From NCBI GenBank assembly GCA_964188305.1, contig OZ076893.1: a stretch of 64,000 bases of DNA; one strand, given 5' to 3'. The notes under the pieces are model-generated. The model was not told the DNA's origin and did not search any database. It saw only the letters and a program-made list of their open reading frames with translations. The translations under genes were made by a program, and so were the position numbers. This document shows, piece after piece, positions 35,173 through 48,629 of this stretch (positions within the stretch are counted from its first letter, which is position 1; the number at the start of each line of letters is the position of its first letter). This stretch comes from Podarcis bocagei (taxonomy: Eukaryota).

Positions 35173-35995
35173 GATTATTATTATTTATTGAATTTATATA
35201 CCAGCCTATACTCGGAGGTCTCAGGGTGGATCACAGAATAAAATCAAAATATAAAACTACAAAGTAAATAAAATGAAAACAACAACCCAATAACCCCCCC
35301 CCAACCTCAACCCCATTTTAAAAGGGCATAGAATGTCAATTAAATCAACCAAAGTCCTGATTAAGAAGGAACGTTTTTGCCAGTGTTTGGTTGCATTCAT
35401 TCAGATCTTTCCTCCACTTGCATTCAAGCCATCTCCCAGCTTGTTTCCTCGCCCTAAGCTCTGGAGTATACCAGGGGGCGAAATGGACCCCACAAAGTGG
35501 GAGAGGACACTCAGGGGCCATTGTATCAATAGCCTGAGCCATTTGGGTGCTCCAGAGTTCGGTCAGGGCTTTGACAGGGGCGCCAGTCATATCAGCCGGA
35601 AAACCCCCAGAGCTGTTTGGAGTCCCACTGGATCCATCAGCTTCTGGGTGGACCTTCCTAATAGCCCCACCACCACCTCTAAGAAGGGGAAAGGTGCTGA
35701 CAGCCTAGATCTCAACAGGAAGTGATCTGACCATGACAAGGGACTGATGTCAATGTCCCCCACCTTCAAATCACCCTATTCCTGAACATTTGAGAAAACA
35801 AGGTCCAGAATGTGGCCAGACATGTGCATGGGGCTGGTGACATCCCCATGGTTGTCATGGTGGTCATGAAGTCCTGAGCTGCCTCAGAGCCAGCTGCCTC
35901 AGCATGGATGTTGAAGTCTCCCAGAATCAGCAGTCTAGGAGTCCACGGCACAGTCTCCGAGACCAGCTCTGTCATCTCAGACAGACACTTTAGCA
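35173..35995 (-). mobile_element. Internally deleted L2-type LINE (endonuclease region joined to 3' tail)
   Basis: Minus-strand peptides LLILGDFNIHAE, SWSDHFLL and APWYTPELRARKQ; the 3' tail with (AAT)n follows directly at about 35380. Confidence 0.7.
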
Positions 35996-36408
35996 TGATA
36001 GTTTCCCATGGCAACTATCACTATGTTGGGCACCACTGTTATTTTTGGGAGATTGAGTTATTTGCTCCATGCTGCAGACCCTTGAAAAAAGGGGCGGGGA
36101 TGTTGAAAAAAATAAATCAGTGTCTAATTGGCAACCTGCTGCACATAAACATTTAATCACATGTGGCAGCTGCAACATGGAGTCCTTTACTACAGACTCA
36201 AAAAGGTGCCTACGCTGTCCTGCACTTGCAAGGACTGCACTTGCTGTCCTTTCCCAAGCTTTCCATGATAGTTACATCAGTTATCCAGAGCACTGTGATT
36301 TGCACATATTGTGGTTGTTTTCAGTTCTCTGTCATTGTGTTTTGGGAAAAGGCCTTCAGACTCATATTTATCCTATTATAACTACTATTGACATTCTGTA
36401 CTTCACAG

Positions 36409-36611
36409 AGGATATGAGAAATATCCAAGATGGCGAGTCGCCTTTTCCTTCAGCTGATAAATGGAAAGTGTCAGTGCTGACAGGAAATGCAGGAACCCGA
36501 GCAAATGTCACTCTCTGGATATATGGAGACAAAGGGGTTGCTGGACCAATAGCTCTTGGCAAGGACAACAGAGAACAGCTGTTTCTACCCAGGATGGAAG
36601 ATTCATTCCAG
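36409..36611 (+). CDS. RP1: RP1 long-isoform exon O, PLAT3 N-terminal part (…DKWKVSVLTGNAGTRANVTLWIYGDKGVAGPI...FLPRMEDSFQ)
   Basis: cttcacag acceptor (an alternative in-frame acceptor lies at 36453), gtagct donor, phase 1 to 0, PLAT motifs present. Confidence 0.85.
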
Positions 36612-38978
36612 GTAGCTAATATTATTTTGTGACATATTTCCTACCCACACAATATCATTCTTTCCAGTGTTAGGGAGAAGAACTTCCTCCTATATTTACT
36701 GCCTCAAATAAATTTATCTAATGTCTTTGGATTCATCATTAAATCAGCTGAATGTATATAGGAAATGGCAGCTGGAATTCTCTTTCCTGCCATATCTCTG
36801 AGAGCAGGGGAAACTGCAGAAGCAAATTGTTTTCATTAAGACAATTAGTTATAGGCAATTGGTTGAAAACTTGTCTTTAAAACAATATGCCTCTGTCGAA
36901 ATCATAGGTAATGAAAGGAAAGTAAACATCTTGTCTAAGGAAAGGCATATATCGCTTCTGCAACATTTTTTGGTACTGAAATGTCATCTTGTGAACAGTG
37001 ATGTAAAAGAGGTAATTCATAGCTGGGTCTGTGAAGAGTGATAAAAGGGTTGTTTTCCAGAAAGAAATAAGAAGAGAACGAAAAGGGCTTCATTATAAGA
37101 AGTTACAAGGTACTTGTAGGCAGATTATGCTAGCTTGAAATTTTAGGACCCACTTTACTAAAATATTTCAGTAACTGGAACTGGACCGTACTGCTTTCAT
37201 GTTAGAACTGTCTTGGAAATATTGGAACTGTCCTTGGAAGGGCAGGATAAACAGAACCCTTTCTAATCACAGCAGGAGTGACTATCCCTTTCTGAAGGTT
37301 AGAAAGAATTTTTCATGTAGCTCATAGGGTGTACTGAACTACTCAAAATCACTTTCTGTGCCTTTGCCAAGGAATAGCCACCCCCTCTGATTATAGCATC
37401 TTTACTATGCTGTACTGATGGAGAAAGGATGTTGATGTTTCATTTAGGCTTTCTATTGGTGGATTTCAACACTGTCAAATCTGGAAGACCCGGTCCTTTC
37501 TAGCTGGCTTTTACCACCTGAATGCTAGGGCCACATTGCATGTTATGCCTGCCACAGAATTATAACCCCTGGTGGACACTCTCCTCTCTCCCCCACCCCC
37601 CTTAATGTTTAGGGATATTTTACCCATTGTGACTTGCCATGCCACTGCTAGGGACACAGAAACTAACAAGATGATGTTGCAACTTCACAGGGTGTAGTGT
37701 TCCTCACACTACACACGACAGTTGATAATTCTGTTTTCAATGGCATGCCTGTGGGACAAGTAATGTAGGGGAGAGTGTAGGGATTTGGCCTTTGCTGAGC
37801 TGGCCTCACCTATCTCTGGCTGTGGTAGTTTGGCTCTCTTCTCCTCTCCTCACTCCCAGGGACCTTCATAAACAGCCTGCTTGAACATCCAGAGAGGTAA
37901 AGATTGTGGTGATTTGAACTATGTTTCTGTGGCTTGGCTGCCAGGCATAAAGGTCAGACTTGCTGCCAAAATTGTTTAAACTGTTCTGGAATGTGAATTG
38001 ACTGCTGCTGTTGTGCTGTTGTGCCACCTTCAAATGTTGATCTGAAAAATCTGGTAGTGATCCTGAAATCCAGCAAGCTGTTGACAGTTCCACTTACTAC
38101 ATCTGCCCACATGAAGAAACATTACGTAGCTTCTTGACATCTGCGTTACAAGCCAAATCAATTGTAGTCTCATGAGCCACAGAGCAAATTATGTTTTCTC
38201 ACTCAAAACAGGAATTATTATTTTTTGAAGCCTTTAAAATTCAAACCCAGGAAACAGTGTGATCAGAAGCAAAACACAATTGCAGAAAACATAAATGTTT
38301 TTTTTAAAAAGAAAGAAAGAAAGAATAATAGGAAACAGAGAATAGGAAATTAATTTATGCATAGTAAGAGCATGCCAGAATTCATACTGACAACCAGATT
38401 TGTCATGGATATCTGCTACTCAAAATTAGAAAAATAGATCTACAAAATGAATTTTCTTCAGCAGGATTTACATGCAGCTAGTAAAGATACAGTCATCCCT
38501 ATAAGTTGGCATGAAGAAGGGAAGGCTAAAAGCCTTCACCACATTTGTTGCAAATGAACCCAATGCTTTTAAACAATACCAAGTCAACAGCCCAGCTATT
38601 CTATTCCACAGACTGAAAAGAATCACAAAATTTCACCTAAACACCTAAACTTGTATTGGAGGGACTTTTAAAATCTGATTGTGTAGAATGGATGGGATGT
38701 TTATAGTTGTTCTTGTTACATACTTTTTATATGCTTTGTGTAGCATAAATAGCCTCAGTGAAAGTTCTGGAGATTTTTGCTTTTGAAACCTATGTTTAAA
38801 GATCTCTGGGATTTCCTCTCCCTCACCTAGTGAATTATTCATAACCAATATAGGTAATAGCATGTCTGCAGCACTACCTTTCCTCAGAATACATGGATTC
38901 CCTGAGATACGAGTATATTGACCTGCCGCAAATCAGATGCTACCTAGTATTGTTGTGTTCTGAGGATATTGATCTTAC

Positions 38979-38982
<4 letters not shown>

Positions 38983-39017
<35 letters not shown>
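38983..39017. repeat. (TG)n microsatellite
   Basis: Direct reading. Confidence 0.95.
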
Positions 39018-39019
<2 letters not shown>

Positions 39020-40249
39020 CCTGGGCATTCAAGCTCTTCGTGCTGACCTGATTTTGCTTTATGCCTGATATAACCAATGCCTCTATAAAGGATTGCCATT
39101 AAAGAGACAAAGATGATCTGATAGGGAATGTGACCAGGATTTGACTGGCTCTTCAATTACACCATTATCTAGTACCTGTGATTCCTATGAATATTGCAAG
39201 CCACAAAAACCACATTTATTTTTAATTATAGAATTTGCTGTTCACCACTTTCTTTATTCTGATTTGCTATCATGCATGTCAAGGTAGAGGGATTAGAAAT
39301 TTGAAGTAGGATTTGAAAGTTATTGGCATTAACACAATAATAGATAAGAATGGGGGTAGGGGAGTTATCTGCAGCAGCTGCTCCCCCAACCAGCTCTTTA
39401 GTTGACATCCCAGATCTTCTCACTTGCTAAATAGCTGTCAGGCTGCAAACACATTTTTTGTCTCAGTAACTAGGAAGCAGGCACAGGGTATGAGTTCCTT
39501 AACGTTGTAAGCAATTAGACGTGGTTGTATTTCATCATGGGAAGGATGGAGTTAGCTGTGACCTAGATAGGAACTGCAATTGAGTGGGAGAAATTAGGAA
39601 GGCTTAAGACCCAAGGGAAGCAGTCATACAAGGCAGACCTGGAAAGGAAGGGTCTGAGAAACAATAGACAATGTAACAGAGAGAGTGAGAGATGAATCTC
39701 TGGGAAAGAAGAATAACCATGGATGAACTGAGTCTCTGGCTTTTCATAGGGAGCCAAGAAGTGTGCATCCAGCATAATGGCAGAATTTACCCTGCAAGTA
39801 AACAGCGCAGACAATCTAGCAAGAACTGCTGTTCTGCAATATCTATTTATTTCAATAGGTCTTGAACAAAAGGAACCCAATTAAAGTTCCAGGAGGTTTG
39901 TAGCAGCAGGACTTGCTTGGACACAAAACTCTGAAGGTGGTATCCATACTCAGAGTGGACCCATTGAAATCGGTGTGCTTAGATTAGTTCATGGCCAATG
40001 TGAATATGAGCTTTGAAATTGCATGAGCAATCCTTATGATGCCATGCTCCTTCTACCCCTCTCCTTCAGATACTCCCTTTTGATCAATTATTTCCACATA
40101 TGCAGAAATGGAAACAGGTGTGCATGATCTTGGTTTGATTACATAATTTAAACTTATTTAAATTTAATCTTATTTGGGGTCTTATTCGGCACTTTGGAGT
40201 TTGGGGCCTTGCACACTAATATAGTCATGGGTGGGGAGAAGATGTGCAC

Positions 40250-40370
40250 CTCAGCATGAGACTCTTATTCTCAGATTGTGGGCTTGAGCCCCACATTGGG
40301 CAAAATATTCCTGCATTGCAGGGGGTTGGGTATGATAACATTTATGGTCCCTTCAAACATCTACAATTCC
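40250..40370 (+). mobile_element. tRNA-derived SINE with CR1-like tail (degenerate)
   Basis: tRNA-like head (gcatgagactcttattctcag...gggcttgagccccaca) followed by ttcctgcattgcagggggttgg..., which matches the CR1-like tails at 28560-28628. Confidence 0.55.
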
Positions 40371-43300
40371 CCCTCTCCTGACCATGTGCTTAATCAGAGT
40401 TCTAAACTCTAATTAAATATGTAATCAGGAAGGAGAAGTGAGATTACATCTTCTCCCCCCAACACAAGACCTTGTTTAGTTGGTTGGGAGGAGGAAAGAA
40501 GAAGATGCACACAGGCTCCTTGTTAAATTCCTTACCAGCAGACATCACCCCCTTTGACAGGTGGATCTGATCCTATCTGCAGTGAACCAGGGTTGCCACA
40601 ACCTAATCCAATTGATTCCTGGATCAATCTGAATCAACTTGGTTTGGTTTAGAATCAGATTCAGCCACATCTGGTGCACAAACCTAGTTTAAACCATAGT
40701 TTGCTGGTTCAAATGTGATACTAAACTGCGGTTTTCGCAAAAGCAGAAGTAACTGGGTAAAACTAGAATTTGCGAGGGGAGGGAGAAGGCTGCATGTGCA
40801 AGGCCCATTCATGTGATACCAAACCATAGGTTGGCAGCACATGTGAGCCAGCACACTGTCTTGGTAGGTTAGCATTCTATACAATGGAGAAAAGTACTGT
40901 AATAAATGAGCAGACAGGATAAGTGGACAGTGCAACTGAGGGGTTTTTAAAATGGGAACTAAGAGGAAAGCTACTCTAATAAGTTCTTTGAGGTAGAAAG
41001 TGATGGTTGAGCAGGAAAAGAAAGAAAACATATCAGAGGAACCTGCCACCAGTTTTTATTCAGAAGAGCAATCATTTGATAAATAATTTGACAGAAGATC
41101 TGTTTTTTTAAGTGTTGAAAACCTCTTCTTGTAGTGCAGTGCATACATGAAGTGGTTTATTTTCAGGTTTAATAATGGTAGTAGTTTAGCTTCAAAAACA
41201 CCTGAGATAAATGGAATAGAGCTGGACTAAAAAAAGTGTCCTTTGTCCTTGGAGAACTGCAGAAAGCTTTTCCATTCACATGCAGTATGTCCATAACTAA
41301 AATGTTATGGTTTCGTCACCAATATTTTCCTCCTGTATGTATCTTTGCTTAATCTATCTGCTTCAACAAAGTGTTGGACTTTATCTCCCAACAAACTTAC
41401 AGGTTTCCTAAAAATCATGCTACCAGCTTGCTTTAGGGTTAGTTGATATATTTTTTAGAAATTCTTCTGCCATCTTTCTTCATATATTTCTGACTTGTAT
41501 ATATATTTGTTTTTTTATCAGGATTTTTTTGAAAACAGCCTGTCTTTTTGCTTTTTAAATGCTTTTGTTTGCTTTGCCAAAAGTGCCATAAGATCTGGTA
41601 TGTCTGAGAGAGAAATATTCCTAGTGACTATATAAAGCATTCTTTACAACTTCAAACTTGTACCATTTTTACCTCCTCTCCAAATGCAACCAGAGTATAA
41701 ATAGGAGTAACCAAAAAGCAGTCACCCTCTGCTTGAGTTTCTGTAATAAGTGGAAAAGTCTTGAGACAGGACCTTTCTTCTGGGCAGGGAGTCACAAAAG
41801 GGAGAGGGTCAACTGCATATTGGAATATGATGAAGGAACTGGTGGCCCCCTGGAAATGTCTTCAGTCTTCATAACTGTCCTAGGTCCTTTTTCTTTATCT
41901 TGATTGTTAATTTTCTTTGGTGCTGCATTTAAATAAGAGACTTCCCCCCCAACAATGTACTGCTTGTCAACAACAAATGGGAATTTTAATGACTAATCCT
42001 AGGTGTAACAAAACTTATCATCTTCATCTAATCTTTGTCAATTATCTGTGTTTAATTACCAGCAATTAATATTGTTCAGATTCGTCACAACCAGTTAATC
42101 TGAGTGTATCAGTAGACAATTGTATCAGTCAGTTAAGAAACAATTCTATCATTATTATTTGAGGCTTTTTGTGAATAATCAATGTGCTTTGGGTCCTTAA
42201 TAATTCAGACATTGGTTTTCTTCATTTGATTGATTTTATTTGGCTACAGCATTTGTATGCTCCCCCATAAGATGAATTGCAATTTATACTTAAGAAAACA
42301 AATGCAAAAGAAAACATAAAAGCAACACCAGTGCAGCAGAAACAACACACATACACCTCAATTAAAACATAGATAAAAAAGAAGAAGATTGATTAGAACT
42401 CACCCCAGAACTGGCCCTACTGAACATCTTCCAAGATCACAACGACTACTCATGTTATCCAGAGCTCATAACCCACCTACTCTCAGCAGCCAGAAGCCTC
42501 AGAGCCAGACACTGGCGAAATCTGTCAGGAGTAAACATGGACCAGTGGTATCAAATTGTACGGGAAATGGCCTTACTAGAAAAGCTAACCAATAAATTTT
42601 GTCTCAGTTTGTTTCAGTTCCATAATAAATTAATATATTGTCATAAACAGTCAGTTACCCCTAATTATTAGTAAATTTGTTGTTTTAAATTCATTAGTAA
42701 TCTGCTACCTTGGTTCAATAAGGATCCATACTATCCCTTATTTAAAAATGAATGGATCTCACCAAGTTATATCACTGTGGTCGAAATCAGCACCTCTCTG
42801 CTTCTTCTGCCTTTTGATATTCAGAATTCAAACACCCAATCTTTCCTCTGATCTCTCTGTCTTATTCAGCTCACAAGGCCAAGACAGGTAATATATCAAA
42901 GAGACACAAACAGTCTCCAACCTGACTCCTTCAAACAGCTTCTTCCGTGCAAAGCCAAAAGTGCAAGTGGCAGCATCACACTTTGGCACATGCCCAGCAG
43001 CTCATGCCAGGTGTCATGCCCTGGCAGAATGCCACAAGGAGCTGGAAATCAGGCTAGTGAAGAACTTGGGCTGCAAGTACACACCTCTCTCACCCGAGGA
43101 GTTAGGATGCCTTACACTGAGTACTTGTTGAAACGAGAAAACCAGCAGGTATCCTCAACCCCCAAAATCCACACTTCTCACCCCACAGAAAATTAGGCTA
43201 AAATAATTGTTGCATTTCGTTTTGACGAGAGTTGTTTGCTGCTTTGGGGAGGAGGGCTTGAAAGAGGCCTTAGGTTTCTCTCTCTCTTTTGCAACACACC

Positions 43301-43682
43301 TCTTAATGTCGAATTTGCACCAAAGTTTGATGTTTATCAGTCAGTCTCTCTTCTTAGGGGCTGTTCTCACCTTCTTAGGGGTGAAGGACCCCATATTGAG
43401 ACACTGAGACATTGAACACTGGCATCCCATACTTTAACAGAAACTGTGATAGACTAACCATTCTGATTAACCATCCTAATCAGGTATTCAGAACCATATA
43501 TAGGATGTGATGGAAAAATAAGGAAAAACAGGTTGTTGTGTGCATGTATGTATGTATGTATGTTCATATCAAATGGTATTTTGTATGTGTAATGGTGACT
43601 CCATGCTGCCAGCCATGTACACAATGGCTTTTTTTCTGTCATGCCATAGGTGATATATTGTATCTGTCTTGTCACAATTCAG

Positions 43683-43769
43683 GTTGAAATAAAACATATT
43701 GGAAACATCTACAAAATCAGAATAGGGCATGATGGAACAAGTAAACAGCCAGAATGGATGTTGGAAAAG
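43683..43769 (+). CDS. RP1: RP1 long-isoform exon P, PLAT3 middle (VEIKHIGNIYKIRIGHDGTSKQPEWMLEK)
   Basis: aattcag acceptor, gtaaga donor, 87 bp like exon B, phase 0 to 0. Confidence 0.9.
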
Positions 43770-46165
43770 GTAAGATTTCAGGTCTATTTTCTGGGTGCTT
43801 CTATAGTTGGTTAATGATTCATTTTATTGACCCCCCCCCCCAATGTTAGACTAGCCATTCTAAAAACAGCAGTGCTTATATAACATTTCTATCGAAGAAT
43901 AAAAGCACAGCTTTTCACTATGCAGTATTAGGTACAATGCAAAGGGAGCTTTGATATACTCTGAGTCTCAGGTTCAACCCACTAACTAAAAGCCCAAACA
44001 ATTTTTCTTCTTACATGCAATTACACAACAAAAAAGTGCTTTAAAAAAAGAAAACGCTTTCCAGTTGTGACTGTGCTCTTAAGGCTCAGGACTCATTCCA
44101 TTAATAAAATACAGTATACTATATGAACATTTGTCAGTTATTTTTAAAAGCACAAGTTACTTATTGAATTCACTGTTAATTGTTGAGGGAAGCAGGTGAT
44201 TTATTGGTACTAGTTTTGTTTTTATAAATAAGCACAACCTCAGAGCTCTACATAATGTCTTCTTATTTGAGGCACCCAAGAAACTGATATGTTTTCATTC
44301 ATAACATGCACTTCTACTGCCTAAGTGTATGTGATCTATAAATGCTGATTCATGTGATGGATTTAAAACTTTCAAAGGATTAATGGTCCCACTGCACCAA
44401 GCACTGCTGTAATATAATCAGTATTTATTTCAGTGGTGCTTATTCCATGCTTATATACTGTAGTTGCCGAAGATGTGAGTTGAGAAGTTCTTGGTTCAAA
44501 TCTCATCTTAGCCATAAAATCACTAAATCCTACTCTTCTGTACTCAGAAGTCCCACTGAGTTCAATAGCTCTTGCTCCCTGGTAAGTGTGCACAGGATTG
44601 CTGCCTAAGTAGCATTAAGCAAAGTGACTATCTCTGACAGCCTCCTTTATGCAATATGGAAATTAATAATATTGGCTTCCCTTGCAAAATTGTTGCAAAG
44701 ATTACAACATGATAATGTATTTGATTGTGAAGTGCTTTGAGCACTCAAAGTGAGCCCTCTAAATACTCAAGAACGACAGCCGTAATCATTGTTTGTGTTT
44801 TCTCTTCATCAGTTCTTAACTACGCCCCTTCTCTGATCAGTTCACTTCCATGCAAAATCTTTGCACAGTTGCTCTGTATGGCGTCTGGTTATGGTGTCCA
44901 TGACTTGAGTAAAGGCCTTTACCTATGAATTGCTCTTATCTATCACTTTCTGGATCAGGAAGCATGGATGCAAACTGGGTGTGCATCTAAATGCATGCTG
45001 TAATGGAGAATGTGCTTCTCTGCATCACATGAGTTTCTGAACGTGCACCCTGTTGAAATGGATGTGATGCTGATAGATGAGTTCTGCATTTCAATATGCA
45101 TCGGACTTGCAGGCCTTCTGGTTCTAATCCAGTACATGATTTGTGTGCAAAAGTCTGTTTCAGTGCACAAACCTCCCTCTTTAGTTTAGGGCAATTGTGC
45201 TGGGAGCGACATCCTCTTTTGACTCACAAGCATGGCATAGCGCTGAAGGTCATAAAATTGCCCCAGTGCCACAACCCTGTCTATATGGTTTTAAAAAATA
45301 AAACAAAACACTTATTTTCTCATGTTTTGCTCACAGCACCTGGTATTATATTGGAATATTTTTTCATGCTACAATGTAGTACACTTTCGGAACTCAATAC
45401 ATATCTGTGTCTTGCCTGGGTAGCTGGCTCCTGTAGCGGCATGCCCATGTTTTATTCTGACATTTTAGTTTATAAGCTGAAATCTTAAAACTTGAATCAT
45501 GTAGTAACAATAGCTTCCAACATCAGCTCAAGGACCTTAACTTCAGAACTTTAGAAACAGTAAGCCCAGTTGTACTGGAAACAGTTCAGTTCAGCTCCAA
45601 TTATTTCAGGGATTCTCCCCCCCCCACACACACACCTTGTCTTGTTTGCTTCACTTTTCTTTAACATCTGAGTCCAAGGCTCATAACAGTAGCTTTTGCT
45701 TTTCAAAGGGTGACTTTCAATCAAGGCAACAAATAACATATTGGAAAACTGTGTTTTTTGGCATTGCAGCTAACGTTTGCCCTTGCGGAGAAGCTGTGCC
45801 AGTAAACATGCAAAATTCTAGCCATTAAATGAAGCCATCAAAATTGCACCTGAAAATTTTATGTCAAAATGAAAATATTCAATTTTTAAATACAACTTTT
45901 TAAAAAAAGAATTAAATTGACACTCCCTTCTGTGGTTAACTATATAAACGTGGATGTTCTTGTGTTGTTTTTCTTTTCCATTATTAATCCTCAGGTTATT
46001 TCCAGAAAAATCCTGTGGTATGTTAATAGTTATAATGGGTAGTAACTGACAATTTCTGAAGTGGAATTTATTTATTTATATTAGTTACATCCTAGTGCAG
46101 CAGAGAAATGCAGTGATAAAACTACAAGGATAAAGGTTTTTGCTGTCTTTTTCCTCCTTTCATAG

Positions 46166-46298
46166 GTAATCCTACAACATCTAAAGAGTGGGAAAATTCT
46201 GAATTTTCCAGCAAACAAATGGTTGTCAAGGAGCAGAGGGAATGGAGATACTCTGTGTGAACTTCCAGTAGTGGAAAAAGGAAGAAGCCTTTATTCAT
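46166..46298 (+). CDS. RP1: RP1 long-isoform exon Q, PLAT3 end (VILQHLKSGKILNFPANKWLSRSRGNGDTLCELPV...)
   Basis: ctttcatag acceptor, gtaata donor, 133 bp, phase 0 to 1. Confidence 0.87.
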
Positions 46299-46901
46299 GT
46301 AATAGCATATTCTTTCTTCAAAGAACCATAATAATTAATATTACAACTATTACCAAATGAGATGGCCTTCACAAAGATCATTGGGCACAATCCAGTCAAT
46401 GCCAATCACTCATTCGAATCAGCGGGGCTTCACAATAGTATCCATGTATATTTATGTATTTATTTATTTGTTTGTTTGATTTCATTTATGAATCGCTTTA
46501 TAAAGCACTAACAGAAACAAACTAAAAGCAATTACACCCACACACCCATGTATTTACAGAAGGTTCTGCCAACCTTTTCGAAACTGTTGTGGGCACAACA
46601 ATGTGTATGCACCACAGTTATGCATGCACCATGTATGTGCATATATGTACCACATGTGCATGTGTGGACATGCACAAAAGAAGATTTCTTTCAAGCCTGG
46701 CCCCAGTGGTGTGAGGAGCAGGAGGAATAGAACTTGGTAGGTCCCAGGGAGGGCCTCTTATGTGCTCCATGAGTGCTAGGTTGACGATGCATGCTGTGTA
46801 TTTAAGCATGAGCCTGAAGGTTAAGTGTAACATGACATTACACTCAGTTTGTATGGTTTCAAATTATTTGCATCTTTTAAAATCTTGGTTGTCTTCTCTA
46901 G

Positions 46902-47053
46902 CCGTGAGTTACCAGGTTTATGTGTACACGGGGCACTTGGAAGATGCTGAAACAGATTCTTCTGTTTATTTATGCATATATGGAGAAAGAGGAGATTCTG
47001 GTTTGAGACTTCTTCACAAATCTGACAAGGTGGTGAAATTTCAGAGAGGAATG
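46902..47053 (+). CDS. RP1: RP1 long-isoform exon R, PLAT4 N-terminal part (SVSYQVYVYTGHLEDAETDSSVYLCIYGERGDSGLRLL...FQRGM)
   Basis: cttctctag acceptor, gtaagc donor, 152 bp like exon D, phase 1 to 0. Confidence 0.88.
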
Positions 47054-48629
47054 GTAAGCCTGCTGAAGAGAATCAGTATACTCCCATTTCAGATCAACTG
47101 AAAGTGGTTTCAATACACAGCATACTTAGCACTAGTTCTGAAGGAAATTGAGTCAAATTTTGCACCACTTTCTTTACTAACACTTAGTAAACTATAGTAC
47201 CTTTGCATACGTTTTCTGAGAGAGACTATCAGGAACCAGACAAAGCTCAGGAAAAGCAGGATCCTATAAATAACTGATAAAAGAAACTGAAGAAAAATAG
47301 ACAAGAGAAAAATAAGGCAGCAGGAAAGACTTTTGGGATGGTTGTGAAAGGTGAAGAAAAGGTAGACTCTTAACCTGTCAACTGCCAAGATATTTCTTGC
47401 TGCCAAAATGCATGACTTTGAATAACCTTTAAGAATTTCAGCTAACTGTTCTTTTGTCTGGTTTTATATTTAGAAGCCTAACGGTTTTTTATCTTTTAGT
47501 TTTGCATGAGCAATATGTGCATATATAGTAATCAGTCCTTCACAATATCTACCACTGAAGTAATCAGCCGGTTCATATATTTGATTAGCTAGGGCCCTTT
47601 CCTGCTTGAAGTTCAAAATCTCTATCAGGGTGCTGAGTTCTTTCATTTGCCTTCCTAATGGTTCTCTTCAAGTCAAATGTACTTGTTAGTGTTTAGATGA
47701 TGTGTGATGCATTTTGCTTCCTTAAAACAGAGCTCCCAAATGGTGCTGCTCACTCCCCTGCTAGGGCCAAAACTTTAAAAAGCCTTTCAGACCCAATTTT
47801 CTTGTCTTCATTTACTCACCTTCCGCCATACATGGTGCCACCTGCCCCTGGCTCATGGCTGGACCAGCTCTGGAGTCCAGACCCCAACAACAAGACTCTT
47901 TTCACTTCATGTGCCCTTCCTAGCAATGGATCCCTTGGCTGCTGTACTGTTTTTCTCCCTTCTGTGAAGGGAGCAGACAGATGTGGTTCATCAGTCTGAA
48001 ACATCTCTGATACAAAGCATCCTTGGAAAGGGAAAAATGCCTGGATAGTTCCAGATATGTATGCACCATCTGGAGTTTCATTGGAAATTGAGTTTCTGAT
48101 ACTGCAGTTACCTTCTTTGTGCTTCTTGTGACCTACATGGCTCTGCTGCTGCTTAGGATGGGCTTATAATTCAAGTTTAACAAAGCCATTGTATGATAGG
48201 GCAAATTAGCAGTACTTAGTGAGATAAAAGGTAGAGCATTCTATAATTCAAAGGGCTGTACCAGAATGAGATTTGTTTGCTGAAACCATATATTTATTTA
48301 CCATATTAAAAGGTGACATAATGATAGTCATTTCAAAAAACTTAATATTTCTGAAATGGTCTGTTGTGTTTTGCATTGCTCCTGCAAGGGTGTGTTGCCC
48401 AAGCTTCCCATAAATTAAGGGCTGCTGTATGATAATTGCATGTGTGTCACATGCAAATATTTCATTATCAATGTTAAAAGCTTTGTAGGACTTATGGAAC
48501 AATTCCTATCCTGTGCAACATGTTCACTTGAAGAAATTATCCCAGTTAGACTAATGCTACGTATGGAAATAACAAAACTTACTTCATTTTCTTTATTTCA
48601 TTTTGTTTTTTCTCTTTTCCGACTCTCAG

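Noticed and set aside
47313-47356. TGTGAAAG|GTGAAG as the end of the missing PLAT4 exon (C-E-R)
   Set aside because: An in-frame TAA lies at 47313-47315 and there are no upstream PLAT motifs.
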